This document shows, in pieces, positions 20,127 through 30,268 of a DNA stretch of 64,000 nucleotides. The DNA is taken from the IMG/VR virus record IMGVR_UViG_3300025889_000077; one strand, given 5' to 3'. The position numbers were made by a program, and so were the translations under genes. This DNA comes from an uncultured virus (IMG/VR IMGVR_UViG_3300025889_000077) (lineage: Duplodnaviria; Heunggongvirae; Uroviricota; Caudoviricetes). Numbering within the stretch: position 1 is the first letter of the stretch; every line of letters begins with the position of its first letter. The notes below the pieces were generated by a model. The model saw nothing but the letters and a program-made list of their open reading frames with translations, ran no database searches and was not told the DNA's origin.

Positions 20127-21720
20127 CATTGAATTTGCATTAGGTAGAAATACTAATGTAAAGAAACATGGTATTGTAGACAGTTGGTCGTCTGAACAAG
20201 TTTCAGAATATGCCAAGTGCATGAAAGATCCAAAATACTTTGCCAGAAACTATTGTAAAATCATTTCGCTTGATAAGGGACTTATAAATTTTGAATTATA
20301 TCCATATCAAGAAAATATGTTTGAAGCGTTTGAAAAGAACCGTTTCAATATCATATTGGCTTGTCGGCAGTCTGGCAAATCCATTTCTTCTGTGGCATAT
20401 TTGTTGTGGTATGCGATTTTTCACCCCGATAAAAATGTGGCAATCCTTGCAAACAAAGCGGCAACAGCAAGAGAAATGCTTTCTCGCATTACATTGATGC
20501 TGGAGAACTTACCATTCTTTCTACAACCCGGCACAAAAGTACTCAATAAAGGTTCAATAGAGTTTTCCAATAACTCTCGAATATTTGCGGCTGCGACTAC
20601 AGGACAATCCATTCGTGGTCAATCGGTTTCTCTGCTTTATCTAGACGAGTTTGCATTTGTTGATAATGATGTTGAATTCTATACGTCAACATATCCCGTT
20701 GTCGTTGCTGGTACATCTACAAAGATTATTGTTACATCTACTGCAAATGGCGTAGGCAATGTCTTTGAAGATTTATGGACCGGAGCATTACAAGGCACAA
20801 ACGATTTCAGACCATTCAGAGTTGATTGGTGGGACGTTCCAGGAAGAGATGAAAAGTGGAAAATAGACACCATCAAAAACACTTCACAATTACAGTTCGA
20901 CCAAGAATTTGGAAACGAATTCTTAGGCACAGGTGATACATTGATCAATGGCGAAACTCTTATGAAACTAAGAGCAATAGAACCTATCAAGACTCTAGAA
21001 AAAGGTGATTTGAAAATCTACAAAGAACCTGAAAAGAAACATCAATACCTTGTTTTAGTTGATGTGGCAAAAGGTAGAGGTCAAGACTACTCATCATTCA
21101 ATATCATTGATATCACGAATGAACCTTTTGAGCAGGTTGTCACATATCGCAATAACAAGATATCTCCAATTCTATTCCCGAATGTGATAGAAAAATATGC
21201 CAAGATTTTCAATGAAGCATATGTTATTGTAGAAGCCAACGATCAGGGTTCTTTGGTGACGAAAGGGCTTTATTATGATCTAGAATACGAAAATCTTCAT
21301 GCTTCATCATCTATCAAAGCGGATGCTCTTGGTATTGAAATGAATAAAAAGGTGAAGAGAATAGGATGTTCTTCCATCAAAGATATTATCGAAAGTAATA
21401 AACTCAGACTCTATGACAAAGAAACAATCAAAGAGTGTACCACCTTTGTTGCAAAAGGTCAATCATATGAAGCATCAAACGGAAATCATGATGATCTTAT
21501 GATGAATCTTGTTCTGTTTGGATATTTCTCAGTCACAGAAATGTTTGAAGACATGTCAAATGTCAATCTCAAGAAAATGATATTTGATGGTAGAATCCAA
21601 GAGATTGAGAATGATATGGTACCATTCGGATGGATAAACAATGGTGTTGAGGATGCAATAAAAGAAGAGGAGAACAAGAGGTCCTCGTTCTCCTTTGAAG
21701 TTATTGATAATCCTTGGTAG
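20110..21720 (+). CDS. gp17: Terminase large subunit gp17
   Basis: Walker A CRQSGKS, Walker B LYLDEFAFV, TSTANG, DVAKGRGQDYS, HDDLMM. Confidence 0.96.
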   Translation: MTITNDIEFALGRNTNVKKHGIVDSWSSEQVSEYAKCMKDPKYFARNYCKIISLDKGLINFELYPYQENMFEAFEKNRFNIILACRQSGKSISSVAYLLWYAIFHPDKNVAILANKAATAREMLSRITLMLENLPFFLQPGTKVLNKGSIEFSNNSRIFAAATTGQSIRGQSVSLLYLDEFAFVDNDVEFYTSTYPVVVAGTSTKIIVTSTANGVGNVFEDLWTGALQGTNDFRPFRVDWWDVPGRDEKWKIDTIKNTSQLQFDQEFGNEFLGTGDTLINGETLMKLRAIEPIKTLEKGDLKIYKEPEKKHQYLVLVDVAKGRGQDYSSFNIIDITNEPFEQVVTYRNNKISPILFPNVIEKYAKIFNEAYVIVEANDQGSLVTKGLYYDLEYENLHASSSIKADALGIEMNKKVKRIGCSSIKDIIESNKLRLYDKETIKECTTFVAKGQSYEASNGNHDDLMMNLVLFGYFSVTEMFEDMSNVNLKKMIFDGRIQEIENDMVPFGWINNGVEDAIKEEENKRSSFSFEVIDNPW

Positions 21721-21862
21721 TTATTTCAATATGTTTTACTCCACAATGTGGGCAGAACATTTTATCGGGTTTATATTTCTCTTGACTTGCGATGCTCCAC
21801 CAACCAAGACATTCTGAACATGTATAATGAAAAATATATTCTACTGAAGTTTTTATTCCCAA
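21701..21862 (-). CDS. 53-aa zinc-ribbon protein (CSEC...CPHC), not in ORF track
   Basis: TTG start with GAGGA RBS; MGIKTSVEYIFHYTCSECLGWWSIASQEKYKPDKMFCPHCGVKHIEITTKDYQ. Confidence 0.6.
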   Translation of the reverse strand: MGIKTSVEYIFHYTCSECLGWWSIASQEKYKPDKMFCPHCGVKHIEITTKDYQ

Positions 21863-22074
21863 TGTTTGCGGTCCTCTTCAGTATCAAATCCATACCGATA
21901 TTCTTGTAGTTCTTCGGCAGTCATATCGACTGCTTCAACCCGAATCCCCTTACCAGTTCCTTCAGGCCACCAATGAGGATCATATTGGCGACCGTAATAA
22001 CGATCAGCACTGCCACGATCTTGTGGTGATCCGTGTTTTGCTATTTGATTTGATTCTTTAGAAACGATAGTCAT
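21853..22074 (-). CDS. Hypothetical early protein
   Basis: HGSPQDRGSADRYYGR motif; in an operon behind an early promoter. Confidence 0.65.
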   Translation of the reverse strand: MTIVSKESNQIAKHGSPQDRGSADRYYGRQYDPHWWPEGTGKGIRVEAVDMTAEELQEYRYGFDTEEDRKHWE

Positions 22075-22737
22075 TCATTCACCTTTTGCTTCCCGTGCTT
22101 TTTTCATCCGTTCATAACCAACGATCCATTCATCGGGCATCTTGATTTTCGGAGTAGGGACTTTGAGTTTAACTTTCTTGTTCTTGAATTCCGACTTGAG
22201 TTCCTTGGCGAGATTGGGTCCCATGAACCGAGAGACCAGTTTCAGCAAGCATTCAACAAACGAGCCATCGTGGTGCATATAACCAGCACTGTGTGCGAGT
22301 TCATGAAGTAGAGTGTATTCATTGAAACCGAATTCGGGGTTCAGTTCGATTATGCCGTTCCAATAAGCAAGACCAGCAGTCCGCGAACCAATCTTCCGAG
22401 CGCGAACTTCAAGAGTCTGAATATCATTTCCGATAGGACCTTTGACTTTCTGCCATGTTGCCGACTTCACGACTTTGTTGGCATAAGCAATCGCTTCTTT
22501 GATTGACGAAAACCTGTGAATGGATTCGAAGTTCTTACGCTCAAACGACCATTCGGCTCTGTAGACTTTCGACCGTTGAGAATCGGTATGCGCGGTCTTG
22601 CCTTTATTAGAAAGGGCAAGTTTGTTCTTCATCTTACCTAGATAGTTGAGATACGCACGAATCGTATCGTGATCCCAACCATAGTCGGCTTTCAACCGAG
22701 AAACGAGTTCTTTCTGTTCGGCGGTGTAGACGAGCAT
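22075..22737 (-). CDS. Zinc metalloprotease-like (HExxH, SprT-like) protein
   Basis: TLLHELAH...HHDGSF. Confidence 0.6.
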   Translation of the reverse strand: MLVYTAEQKELVSRLKADYGWDHDTIRAYLNYLGKMKNKLALSNKGKTAHTDSQRSKVYRAEWSFERKNFESIHRFSSIKEAIAYANKVVKSATWQKVKGPIGNDIQTLEVRARKIGSRTAGLAYWNGIIELNPEFGFNEYTLLHELAHSAGYMHHDGSFVECLLKLVSRFMGPNLAKELKSEFKNKKVKLKVPTPKIKMPDEWIVGYERMKKAREAKGE

Positions 22738-22949
22738 TAGAAGTCTCCCCAGTTCATTTTCATTCCTACGTTCATTTCTGCGTTCCGCCGAGCCGCATCA
22801 AAACTAACAAACGGACCAGCAGAGGTGAAATCATCATCCAACCGACCTTTCGGAGTGAAGACCATATAACCTTGGAAGGTCTTATGGATCATAACCGGTT
22901 TCAGAGAGTTAGTCGATTCATTGTATTCATTGAAGGTCATCATGCTCAT
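22737..22949 (-). CDS. Hypothetical early protein
   Basis: Directly follows a repeated early promoter and AG-rich RBS. Confidence 0.65.
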   Translation of the reverse strand: MSMMTFNEYNESTNSLKPVMIHKTFQGYMVFTPKGRLDDDFTSAGPFVSFDAARRNAEMNVGMKMNWGDF

Positions 22950-22981
22950 GGTGATTCTCTCTTTCTCTCTCTTACATACTT

Positions 22982-23010
22982 AATATAAGCATTGCGAGAC
23001 CAAATGTCAA
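22982..23010 (-). promoter_or_regulatory. Early sigma70-type promoter TTGACA-N17-TATATT (repeat copy 1)
   Basis: Shared leader GCTTATATT.A.TA.GTAAGAGA. Confidence 0.8.
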
Positions 23011-23029
23011 GAGGGTGAAGGAACTTTTT

Positions 23030-23260
23030 TTACATCATAATCTGATTACACGCATAACCATCCGAGTCGGCAAGGTGTAGATCAAGAATCATTTGTTCTT
23101 CTACGATATCCATGTTCTGTGATTCGATCAATGCGTGACCTTCAGCATGGTAGTAGTTCCGCCAGTACCGCTCAAGTTTGTCATTCAAACCATTGGCATG
23201 GGCAACAAGAATTTTCTTGCCGTTGATGAAGTCGTAAACTTTCAGATTCCAGTTGGACAT
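23030..23260 (-). CDS. Hypothetical early protein
   Basis: Follows the repeated early promoter. Confidence 0.65.
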   Translation of the reverse strand: MSNWNLKVYDFINGKKILVAHANGLNDKLERYWRNYYHAEGHALIESQNMDIVEEQMILDLHLADSDGYACNQIMM

Positions 23261-23285
23261 GATTCTCTCTTTCTCTTACATACTT

Positions 23286-23314
23286 AATATAAGCACTCTT
23301 GAATCAAATGTCAA
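23286..23314 (-). promoter_or_regulatory. Early promoter TTGACA-N17-TATATT (repeat copy 2)
   Basis: Same conserved leader as copy 1. Confidence 0.8.
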
Positions 23315-23739
23315 GAGCATCCGGGATATTTTTTCAAAAAAGATTCGAAAAGAATCACTTCCATCTCGTATGCTTCGACTTCCCAAGGAAACTCATAGTA
23401 GTTTGCGAGGTCAGAAGCAACTTCTTCGTTCCTCCACAGAACGGTATCGATATTTTCGGCCTTCATTTCGCCACGTGCATACTGCTTGACGTGAACCATT
23501 TCGTGACAAACAGTTTTGATCAGTTCATCAAAACCCAGAAACTCCGACAGTTCGATTTCAAACATGCGCTTGTCGATTTCAAGAACAGCACCGGCCGTTT
23601 CGCCCATGTCGGAACTGAATTCAACCGTAATGTCGAGAGTCCGCATCCGAGGCATTAGTTCTTCGATGCAATGATAAATGACACGCTCAGTAAGGATTTT
23701 CATCCATTGGGCGCCATTCATGATTTCTACATAGTTCAT
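23311..23739 (-). CDS. Metallopeptidase-like protein (HEMVH)
   Basis: TVCHEMVHVKQY; Y..FPWEVEAY. Confidence 0.7.
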   Translation of the reverse strand: MNYVEIMNGAQWMKILTERVIYHCIEELMPRMRTLDITVEFSSDMGETAGAVLEIDKRMFEIELSEFLGFDELIKTVCHEMVHVKQYARGEMKAENIDTVLWRNEEVASDLANYYEFPWEVEAYEMEVILFESFLKKYPGCS

Positions 23740-23762
23740 ATGATTCTCTCTCTTACACTATT

Positions 23763-23791
23763 AATATAAGCATTCGAAAGTGATTCGTCAA
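23763..23791 (-). promoter_or_regulatory. Early promoter TTGACG-N17-TATATT (repeat copy 3)
   Basis: Nearly identical to the copy at 36547-36575. Confidence 0.8.
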
Positions 23792-23810
23792 GTGCTAAAA
23801 AGCATTTTTT

Positions 23811-23818
23811 TATAAATA
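23811..23818 (+). promoter_or_regulatory. T4-type late promoter TATAAATA
   Basis: Upstream of gp18. Confidence 0.8.
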
Positions 23819-23878
23819 GAAATAATGATTATTCGTATTATGATAACATATCAATAACTCTATAAGAGAGGTAGACTC

Positions 23879-25606
23879 ATGGCATTATTCACTCCATCAG
23901 AATCTCCAGCGGTAACGTTCAAGGAGATCGATTTAACTGGTGTAGCACCGAATGTTCAGTCAACCACAGGCGCTTTTGTTGGCGATTTTAGTTGGGGTCC
24001 AGTGAGAGATCCTGTTCTTATTGCAAACGAAAACGAATTGGTTACTACTTTTGGCGCACCAGATTCAGATAACACTATAGATTTCCATTCGGCTGCTTAC
24101 TTCCTGAAATACTCAGGCAGTCTACAGGTCGTGAGAGAAGCGACTTCAGCGGCCAAAAACTCTTATGATTCCGATGCTGCTTCAGCACCAACTGTACGGG
24201 AACGGGATCATTTTGACACTCAAGTGACCGCACTTGATAGTGACAATCATACATTTATTTCAAAATATCCGGGCGAACTCGGCAACGCAATTAAAATTGA
24301 AGTTTGCCCAGTTGACTCAGCCGGTACTGCGTTTGATGCGTGGACCTATGTGAATGAATTTGATTCGGCGCCCGGTACATCCACATACGCTTCAAATAGA
24401 AGTGCTACCAATGACGAAGCACATGTTATCGTCGTTGACAGAACTGGTAAAATGACTGGTACTGTTGGTACCATTCTCGAAAGATATCCATTCGTTTCTC
24501 TTGCTAAAAACGCAAAGAATACTGATGGTTCCACAAACTACATCAAAGATGTTATCAATGGCCGTTCACGTTACATTTGGATGGCCGGTTTTGGTAACCA
24601 ATCAAAGTTTGATGCTCTTGCTGGTACTGATGCGGATTCCGGAGACAACTTCATATTCTCGGGTGGCGCTGTTCAAACATTCACCATGCAAGGTGGTGTG
24701 AACTCAGGAACTCTTACCACGTCAGAATATGCGACAGGGTTTGACGAGTTTGAAGATGTTGACAATATTCAGGTGGATTTCTTGATTGCGCCTGGTATGT
24801 CATCAAGAGCGAATCAAACAACCGTTGTCAATGATCTTATCGCGATTGCCGGATCGACTCGCAAAGACTGCGTTGTTGTAGCATCACCCGCAAGATCGGA
24901 TATCGTCAATGGCGCAACTCCAGTTGCCGATGCTGTAACAACCGCGAACACATTTACGAACTCGTCGTATCTGTTCATGGATAATGCTTACTTCAAAATA
25001 TACGACAAATATAATGATCAGTATATCCACATTCCGGCGGCATCATCAACTGCTGGTGTTATGGCACTATCTGATCTTTCTTCTGCTCCTTGGTTCTCAC
25101 CAGCAGGCGCGAGAAGAGGTAACTATCTTGGTGTAACAGCATTGACATATTCGCCAACAAAAGCAAATAGAGACACACTCTATAAAGCAGGTATCAACCC
25201 AATCGCCAATATTCCTGGCGAAGGTCTGATGCTTTATGGTGATAAGACACATCTACGCAGACCATCCGCATTTGATAGAATCAATGTGCGCCGTCTGTTC
25301 CTTGTTCTTGAAAGATCAATCGCAATTGCCGCAAGATCGGTCATGTTTGAATTCAACGATGAATTCACCCGTGCCGAATTTGTGAACATTGTTGAACCTC
25401 TTTTAAGAGAAGTCAAAGGTCGTCGTGGTATCACTGACTTCCGCGTTGTGTGTGATGCGTCAAACAACACCGCCGCTGTTATAGATAGAAATGAGTTCGT
25501 TGCTGATATCTACATCAAGCCAGCGAGATCAATCAACTATGTCACCCTCAATTTCGTTGCTGTTCGCACTGGTGTGGATTTCAACGAAGTTGTTGGCACA
25601 GTATAA
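23879..25606 (+). CDS. gp18: Tail sheath protein gp18
   Basis: SPAV..KEIDLT; F.WGP; PWFSPAG..RG; YGDKT...SAFDRINVRRLF; FEFNDEFTR; IKPARSINYVTLNFVA. Confidence 0.96.
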   Translation: MALFTPSESPAVTFKEIDLTGVAPNVQSTTGAFVGDFSWGPVRDPVLIANENELVTTFGAPDSDNTIDFHSAAYFLKYSGSLQVVREATSAAKNSYDSDAASAPTVRERDHFDTQVTALDSDNHTFISKYPGELGNAIKIEVCPVDSAGTAFDAWTYVNEFDSAPGTSTYASNRSATNDEAHVIVVDRTGKMTGTVGTILERYPFVSLAKNAKNTDGSTNYIKDVINGRSRYIWMAGFGNQSKFDALAGTDADSGDNFIFSGGAVQTFTMQGGVNSGTLTTSEYATGFDEFEDVDNIQVDFLIAPGMSSRANQTTVVNDLIAIAGSTRKDCVVVASPARSDIVNGATPVADAVTTANTFTNSSYLFMDNAYFKIYDKYNDQYIHIPAASSTAGVMALSDLSSAPWFSPAGARRGNYLGVTALTYSPTKANRDTLYKAGINPIANIPGEGLMLYGDKTHLRRPSAFDRINVRRLFLVLERSIAIAARSVMFEFNDEFTRAEFVNIVEPLLREVKGRRGITDFRVVCDASNNTAAVIDRNEFVADIYIKPARSINYVTLNFVAVRTGVDFNEVVGTV

Positions 25607-25620
25607 TAAGGAGATAACAG

Positions 25621-26151
25621 ATGGCTGTTTTAGGTATTGACGATTTCAAAGCAAAACTGAAGGGGGGTGGCGCACGTTCAAACCTCTTCAAAGCAACACT
25701 CAACTTTCCACTCTTTGCGGGTGGTGATGTTGAACTCACATCTTTCATGTGCGAAGCCGCACAGTTACCTGGGTCTACCATTGGTATGATTCCTGTGCCT
25801 TTTCGGGGTCGTATCCTGAAAATTGCTGGTGATCGTACATTTGATGACTGGACCGTTAATATTATTAACGATACAGACTTCAAAATTCGGAACTCCTTTG
25901 AACGCTGGATGAACACAATCAATGCCCACTCAGCAAATACTGGTTTGACGAATCCTGCATCTTATATGGTGGACATGTTTATTGAGCAACTTGATAAAGA
26001 TGGTTCTTCCATCAAAAGATATGACTTCAGAGGAACATTCCCTATTGCGGTAAGTCCTATTGAAGTTTCATATGGTGATCAAGACACTATTGAAAGATTC
26101 CAGACAACACTTGCTGTCCAGTACTGGGAAGATGTGGCAATCACAACATAA
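25621..26151 (+). CDS. gp19: Tail tube protein gp19
   Basis: GGARSNLF; FMCEAAQLPGS; FRGR.LKIAGDRTFDDWT. Confidence 0.95.
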   Translation: MAVLGIDDFKAKLKGGGARSNLFKATLNFPLFAGGDVELTSFMCEAAQLPGSTIGMIPVPFRGRILKIAGDRTFDDWTVNIINDTDFKIRNSFERWMNTINAHSANTGLTNPASYMVDMFIEQLDKDGSSIKRYDFRGTFPIAVSPIEVSYGDQDTIERFQTTLAVQYWEDVAITT

Positions 26152-26166
26152 AACATGACTAAATAA

Positions 26167-26192
26167 GACTAGGAGGGGAAACTCTCCTAGTC
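26167..26192 (+). promoter_or_regulatory. Hairpin GACTAGGAG...CTCCTAGTC between gp19 and gp20, just after a late-promoter variant ACTAAATA (26158-26165)
   Basis: Perfect 9-bp inverted repeat. Confidence 0.5.
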
Positions 26193-26217
26193 ATTATTAC
26201 TTACATGAAGGCTAGAC

Positions 26218-27918
26218 ATGGCGGAACAAGATACACAAAAAAGTGATGGTTTTTCGATATTTGGTTTTGAAATCAAGAGAAAAACCAAAGAAGATCCGAA
26301 TTTAAAAGCGATTGTACCAAAAGTAGACGAAGACGGTCCTGGTTACATGACCGCTGCCGGGGCGCATTTTGGTCAATATGTTGATATTGATGGAAACTCC
26401 GCAAAAGATAACTATCAGTTGATTATGCGATATAGAGGAATTGCTCTCTATCCAGAAGTCGATATGGCAATTGAAGACATTGTGAACGAATCTATTGTCG
26501 GTACGGAATCTGGGTTTGGTTTAGAACTGAATATGGATGATGTAAAAATTTCGGATTCCATAAAGAAAAAGATAAAAGACGAATTTGATGACATATTGAA
26601 TATGTTGAAATTCTCCGATTTAGGTCATGACATTTTTCGGAGATGGTATATTGATGGAAGAATTTGTTTTCAATTGATTGTAGATGAAAAGAATCCCAAG
26701 AAGGGTATTCAAGAAATTCGTCCAATCGACACATCTAAACTTCGTAAAATCAAAAATATCACAAGAAAAAGAGATGAAAGAACTGGTGCGCCGATCATTG
26801 ATAAAGAAGAAGAATTCTTCATATATCAAGATAAGGTTGCCACAAATAACAAATTGATTTCGGCACCTATTGCTGCTGGGGGTGTCAAAATTTCAAAAGA
26901 TGCGATTCTCTATACTACATCAGGATTACTTGATGAGAATATGAAGACTGTGATTTCGTATCTTCACAAAGCATTGAAACCAACAAACCAACTTAGAATG
27001 ATGGAAGATTCTCTTGTTTTGTACAGATTGGCAAGAGCGCCTGAAAGAAGAATTTTCTATGTAGATGTTGGCAACTTGCCTAAAGGCAAAGCAGAAGAGT
27101 ACATGAAAGGTATCATGGCTCGGTATCGCAATAAGTTGGTATACGATGCGAGTACAGGCGAGATAAAAGACGACCGTAAGTTTATGGCAATGACAGAAGA
27201 TTTCTGGATGCCGAGAAGAGAAGGCGGCCGCGGAACTGAAGTTTCTTCATTGCCGGGTGGCGATAATCTTGGGCAAATAGATGATGTCATTTTCTTTCAA
27301 AAGAAACTGTATAAATCTCTTGGTGTTCCTATCTCAAGAATGGAACCAGAAACAAACTTCTCTCTTGGTAGATCAAATGAAATCACAAGAGATGAATTGA
27401 AGTTCCAGAAATTTGTTGATCGTCTTAGAAAAAGATTTTCTCTCGTATTCAAGGAATGCTTGAAGCGACAGTTGATACTCAAAAATATCGTGACCGAGGA
27501 AGATTGGAATGATCTAAACGGCGATTTATTTTTTGAATATGATCGTGACAATCACTTTACGGAACTGAAAGAGGCTGAATTGCTTCGTGAAAGACTACAG
27601 AACATGGATGTCATTCAGAACTATGTTGGACAATACTTCAGCCAAGAATGGGTGATGAAAAATGTTCTGAGACTTTCCGATGATGATATTGAAGAAATGA
27701 AAAAGCAGATTATGCAAGAAACACCAAAAGAAGAAGAAGCGCCGCCTGAACAGGAACCCGAAGCGGAACCCGAACCGGAACCTCAGCCGCAAGGCCAAAA
27801 ACATTCTATAGATATTAATGTCAAACCGCAAAAAGAAGATACCGACTGGTCACAAGTCGCCGATCTTGAACTGACTGAAAATTTGAATAGGATGATTGCT
27901 AAAAAGTTGAATAAATGA
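26218..27918 (+). CDS. gp20: Portal vertex protein gp20
   Basis: FRRWYIDGR; NQLRMMEDSLVLYRLARAPERRIFYVDVGNLPK.KAE; EDFWMPRREGGRGTE; ITRDELKF. Confidence 0.96.
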   Translation: MAEQDTQKSDGFSIFGFEIKRKTKEDPNLKAIVPKVDEDGPGYMTAAGAHFGQYVDIDGNSAKDNYQLIMRYRGIALYPEVDMAIEDIVNESIVGTESGFGLELNMDDVKISDSIKKKIKDEFDDILNMLKFSDLGHDIFRRWYIDGRICFQLIVDEKNPKKGIQEIRPIDTSKLRKIKNITRKRDERTGAPIIDKEEEFFIYQDKVATNNKLISAPIAAGGVKISKDAILYTTSGLLDENMKTVISYLHKALKPTNQLRMMEDSLVLYRLARAPERRIFYVDVGNLPKGKAEEYMKGIMARYRNKLVYDASTGEIKDDRKFMAMTEDFWMPRREGGRGTEVSSLPGGDNLGQIDDVIFFQKKLYKSLGVPISRMEPETNFSLGRSNEITRDELKFQKFVDRLRKRFSLVFKECLKRQLILKNIVTEEDWNDLNGDLFFEYDRDNHFTELKEAELLRERLQNMDVIQNYVGQYFSQEWVMKNVLRLSDDDIEEMKKQIMQETPKEEEAPPEQEPEAEPEPEPQPQGQKHSIDINVKPQKEDTDWSQVADLELTENLNRMIAKKLNK

Positions 27919-27919
27919 C

Positions 27920-28909
27920 ATGTCTCATGAAAATAAATTACTCGCTACTGCCTTACTCTATAGTGATGAAAACACAGAAGAGGTCCGAAAGGAACTGAAA
28001 GAACTAAAGTTGGGTATCTTGAAAAAGATATCTGCTTTGATGGAAGACATAGAGACTATTGATAATAGATTGCTTGAAGAACAAACAACTATTGTAGAAG
28101 GTCCTAAAGGTGATAAGGGGGAGAAAGGTGAAAAAGGTGATACGGGACCAGTAGGTCCGCAAGGATTGATTGGTGAACAGGGCGAGATTGGTCCTCAAGG
28201 CGTTCAAGGCGATAAAGGTGAGCAAGGCGAAAGAGGTCTTGATGGTTCCCAAGGAGAAAGAGGACCTCGTGGTTATCAAGGGCCGATAGGACCTAAAGGC
28301 GATAAGGGCGATAAGGGGTTTCAAGGAGAAAAAGGTGAACAAGGCGAACCAGGTATCCAAGGAAAAAAGGGAGATACTGGTGAAACTGGACCTAAAGGTG
28401 ACCGAGGCGAAAAAGGTGATATTGGTCCAAGAGGTCCTGAAGGATCAACCGGTCCCATGGGCCCAAAGGGAAAAAGAGGCGATAAAGGTGATACGGGACC
28501 AGTAGGACCACAAGGCCCCGAAGGTCCTGCTGGCAAAGATGCAGCATTGCCAAATGTGCAGCCATACATTGAAGAAGTAGAAAAGAACTTCAAGACATGG
28601 CAAGCAAATGTGAATAAGTCATTAAGTACATTAGGCGGTGGCGGTTCTTATAATTTGATGGACAATGCTGATGTTGTTCGTACACGAAAAGAGAATATAC
28701 CAGATCGTGCTATACTGATATATAATAAAGACATTGATAAATATGAAGTACAACTTATAGATAATGCAATCGGTGGTGGTGATTCTTCGGTTCCCTTATT
28801 CATACAAGATTCGGCACCGACAACAGAATTGAATAAATATTTATGGATACAAACGAATATAGATAGTGATTCAGATAGTTTTACATTCTGGTTCGATGAT
28901 GGGTGCTAA
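27920..28909 (+). CDS. Collagen-like (Gly-X-Y) fibre protein
   Basis: Long uninterrupted GXY run (GPKGDKGEKG...GPAGKD) between coiled-coil-like N- and C-terminal parts. Confidence 0.85.
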   Translation: MSHENKLLATALLYSDENTEEVRKELKELKLGILKKISALMEDIETIDNRLLEEQTTIVEGPKGDKGEKGEKGDTGPVGPQGLIGEQGEIGPQGVQGDKGEQGERGLDGSQGERGPRGYQGPIGPKGDKGDKGFQGEKGEQGEPGIQGKKGDTGETGPKGDRGEKGDIGPRGPEGSTGPMGPKGKRGDKGDTGPVGPQGPEGPAGKDAALPNVQPYIEEVEKNFKTWQANVNKSLSTLGGGGSYNLMDNADVVRTRKENIPDRAILIYNKDIDKYEVQLIDNAIGGGDSSVPLFIQDSAPTTELNKYLWIQTNIDSDSDSFTFWFDDGC

Positions 28910-28935
28910 GAAAAAACAAATGAGGAGAAAAACTA

Positions 28936-29493
28936 ATGACAATCATTAGAGATGGCGCGGGCAGTGGATATCAGGCGAAGGTAAGTTCTATTAATAGACT
29001 ATTGACTGATGCTGTTACAACACCCGTTTTTGCTGAGAGATCAGATACAAATGGGGATGCTTATGTTGCTATTACAGATCACATTTCTATGACCACAACG
29101 GACACTGAGACCGGCAATCTTTATATAAAAAATACTGGAACAAGAAACATATTGGTCCACAGTATAAGAACATGCGGAACGGTTGTATCGTTGTGGAAAA
29201 TGTATACTAATTCCACAACAGGTACACTAATATCTGCCGCAACAGATGCATATGTCAACAATTTGAATTTGAGTTCAAATAATGTTTCGACAGTGAATGC
29301 TTACAGAGGTGTGAATGGATCAACAGTAACAAATGGAACATTCTTTGAACAGTGGATCAACGGGACAGGTCACAGCGAAGAATTTTTTAACGGTGCGTTG
29401 ATTATCAGTCCTCAGAAAAGTATTGCACTTACTGTTGAAGTCGCGACTGCGGGAACTATTTGCACAAGACTAATTTATTATTATGGTGAATAA
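28936..29493 (+). CDS. Putative virion decoration protein
   Basis: MTIIRDGAGSGYQAKV..NRL; paralogous to 29688. Confidence 0.5.
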   Translation: MTIIRDGAGSGYQAKVSSINRLLTDAVTTPVFAERSDTNGDAYVAITDHISMTTTDTETGNLYIKNTGTRNILVHSIRTCGTVVSLWKMYTNSTTGTLISAATDAYVNNLNLSSNNVSTVNAYRGVNGSTVTNGTFFEQWINGTGHSEEFFNGALIISPQKSIALTVEVATAGTICTRLIYYYGE

Positions 29494-29496
29494 AGC

Positions 29497-29691
29497 ATGG
29501 CATTAAGAAACGCATTCCAAGATTTAGCAACAGAAAAAACCCTTAATAATTTTAAGATAGGTAATGATACACTAGATCGGGAATTATTGACAGAAATTTT
29601 ATACGAACTCAAGAAGATAAATCTTCATTTATCTATTGTCACAGGTGAAGAATTATCAGACGAAGAAATTAATTTGGAGGAAAGACTATGA
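29497..29691 (+). CDS. Hypothetical protein
   Basis: LLTEILYELKKINLHLSIVTGEEL helix; in operon. Confidence 0.55.
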   Translation: MALRNAFQDLATEKTLNNFKIGNDTLDRELLTEILYELKKINLHLSIVTGEELSDEEINLEERL

Positions 29692-30257
29692 AAATAGAAT
29701 CTGGATCTGGTAATGGTAAATGGGTATCTGTTACAGATAATAATCAATTAAATGTTTATTCAGAAACATCATCACAACAACACATTATCAGTCTAAGAGA
29801 TGGTAATGCATACCAAGTCTGGGGTACGGGGACATGTGTAAATGGTACTGTCACGATTTTACATTTGAAAAATAATTCTACTTTAGATATGGTTGTAAGT
29901 TATATTCGTTGGCAAATTTTAGATCCCTCTGGTGGAACTGCTTTGCCGAATGCGTCTAACTATTTACAGATAGGTTTTGATACGACATATTCTTCTGGGG
30001 GTACATCAAAAACTCCTACAAATATGAACTCAGGATCTGGTAAACTTTCTTCCGTGACAGCTTATAATGCTGGGCCAACAACAACCGGAACAATTGACGT
30101 GTTTGATCGTCATTATCCAAAAGAAGAAGGAGAAATGTACAGATTCAATAAAGAGGGTTCGCTTATCATTCCTCCCGGAAAAACTATGGAAATAAACTAC
30201 GTTGGTGATCATACTTCGGGAACCGTATATACTAGAGTTTCGTTCTATTTACAGTAA
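29688..30257 (+). CDS. Putative virion decoration protein
   Basis: MKIESGSGNGK.V.V...NQL; shares LKNN, N.N..S and LII.P.K motifs with 28936. Confidence 0.5.
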   Translation: MKIESGSGNGKWVSVTDNNQLNVYSETSSQQHIISLRDGNAYQVWGTGTCVNGTVTILHLKNNSTLDMVVSYIRWQILDPSGGTALPNASNYLQIGFDTTYSSGGTSKTPTNMNSGSGKLSSVTAYNAGPTTTGTIDVFDRHYPKEEGEMYRFNKEGSLIIPPGKTMEINYVGDHTSGTVYTRVSFYLQ

Positions 30258-30268
30258 GAGAATAAAAT

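Noticed and set aside
20110..21720. Intein or intron in terminase (also checked by eye for gp43, gp46, UvsW and gp20)
   Set aside because: Lengths and motif spacing are normal and the frames are uninterrupted.
27920..28909. Eukaryotic collagen contamination
   Set aside because: AT-rich codon usage, tight operon context and no introns; GXY fibres are common in phages.
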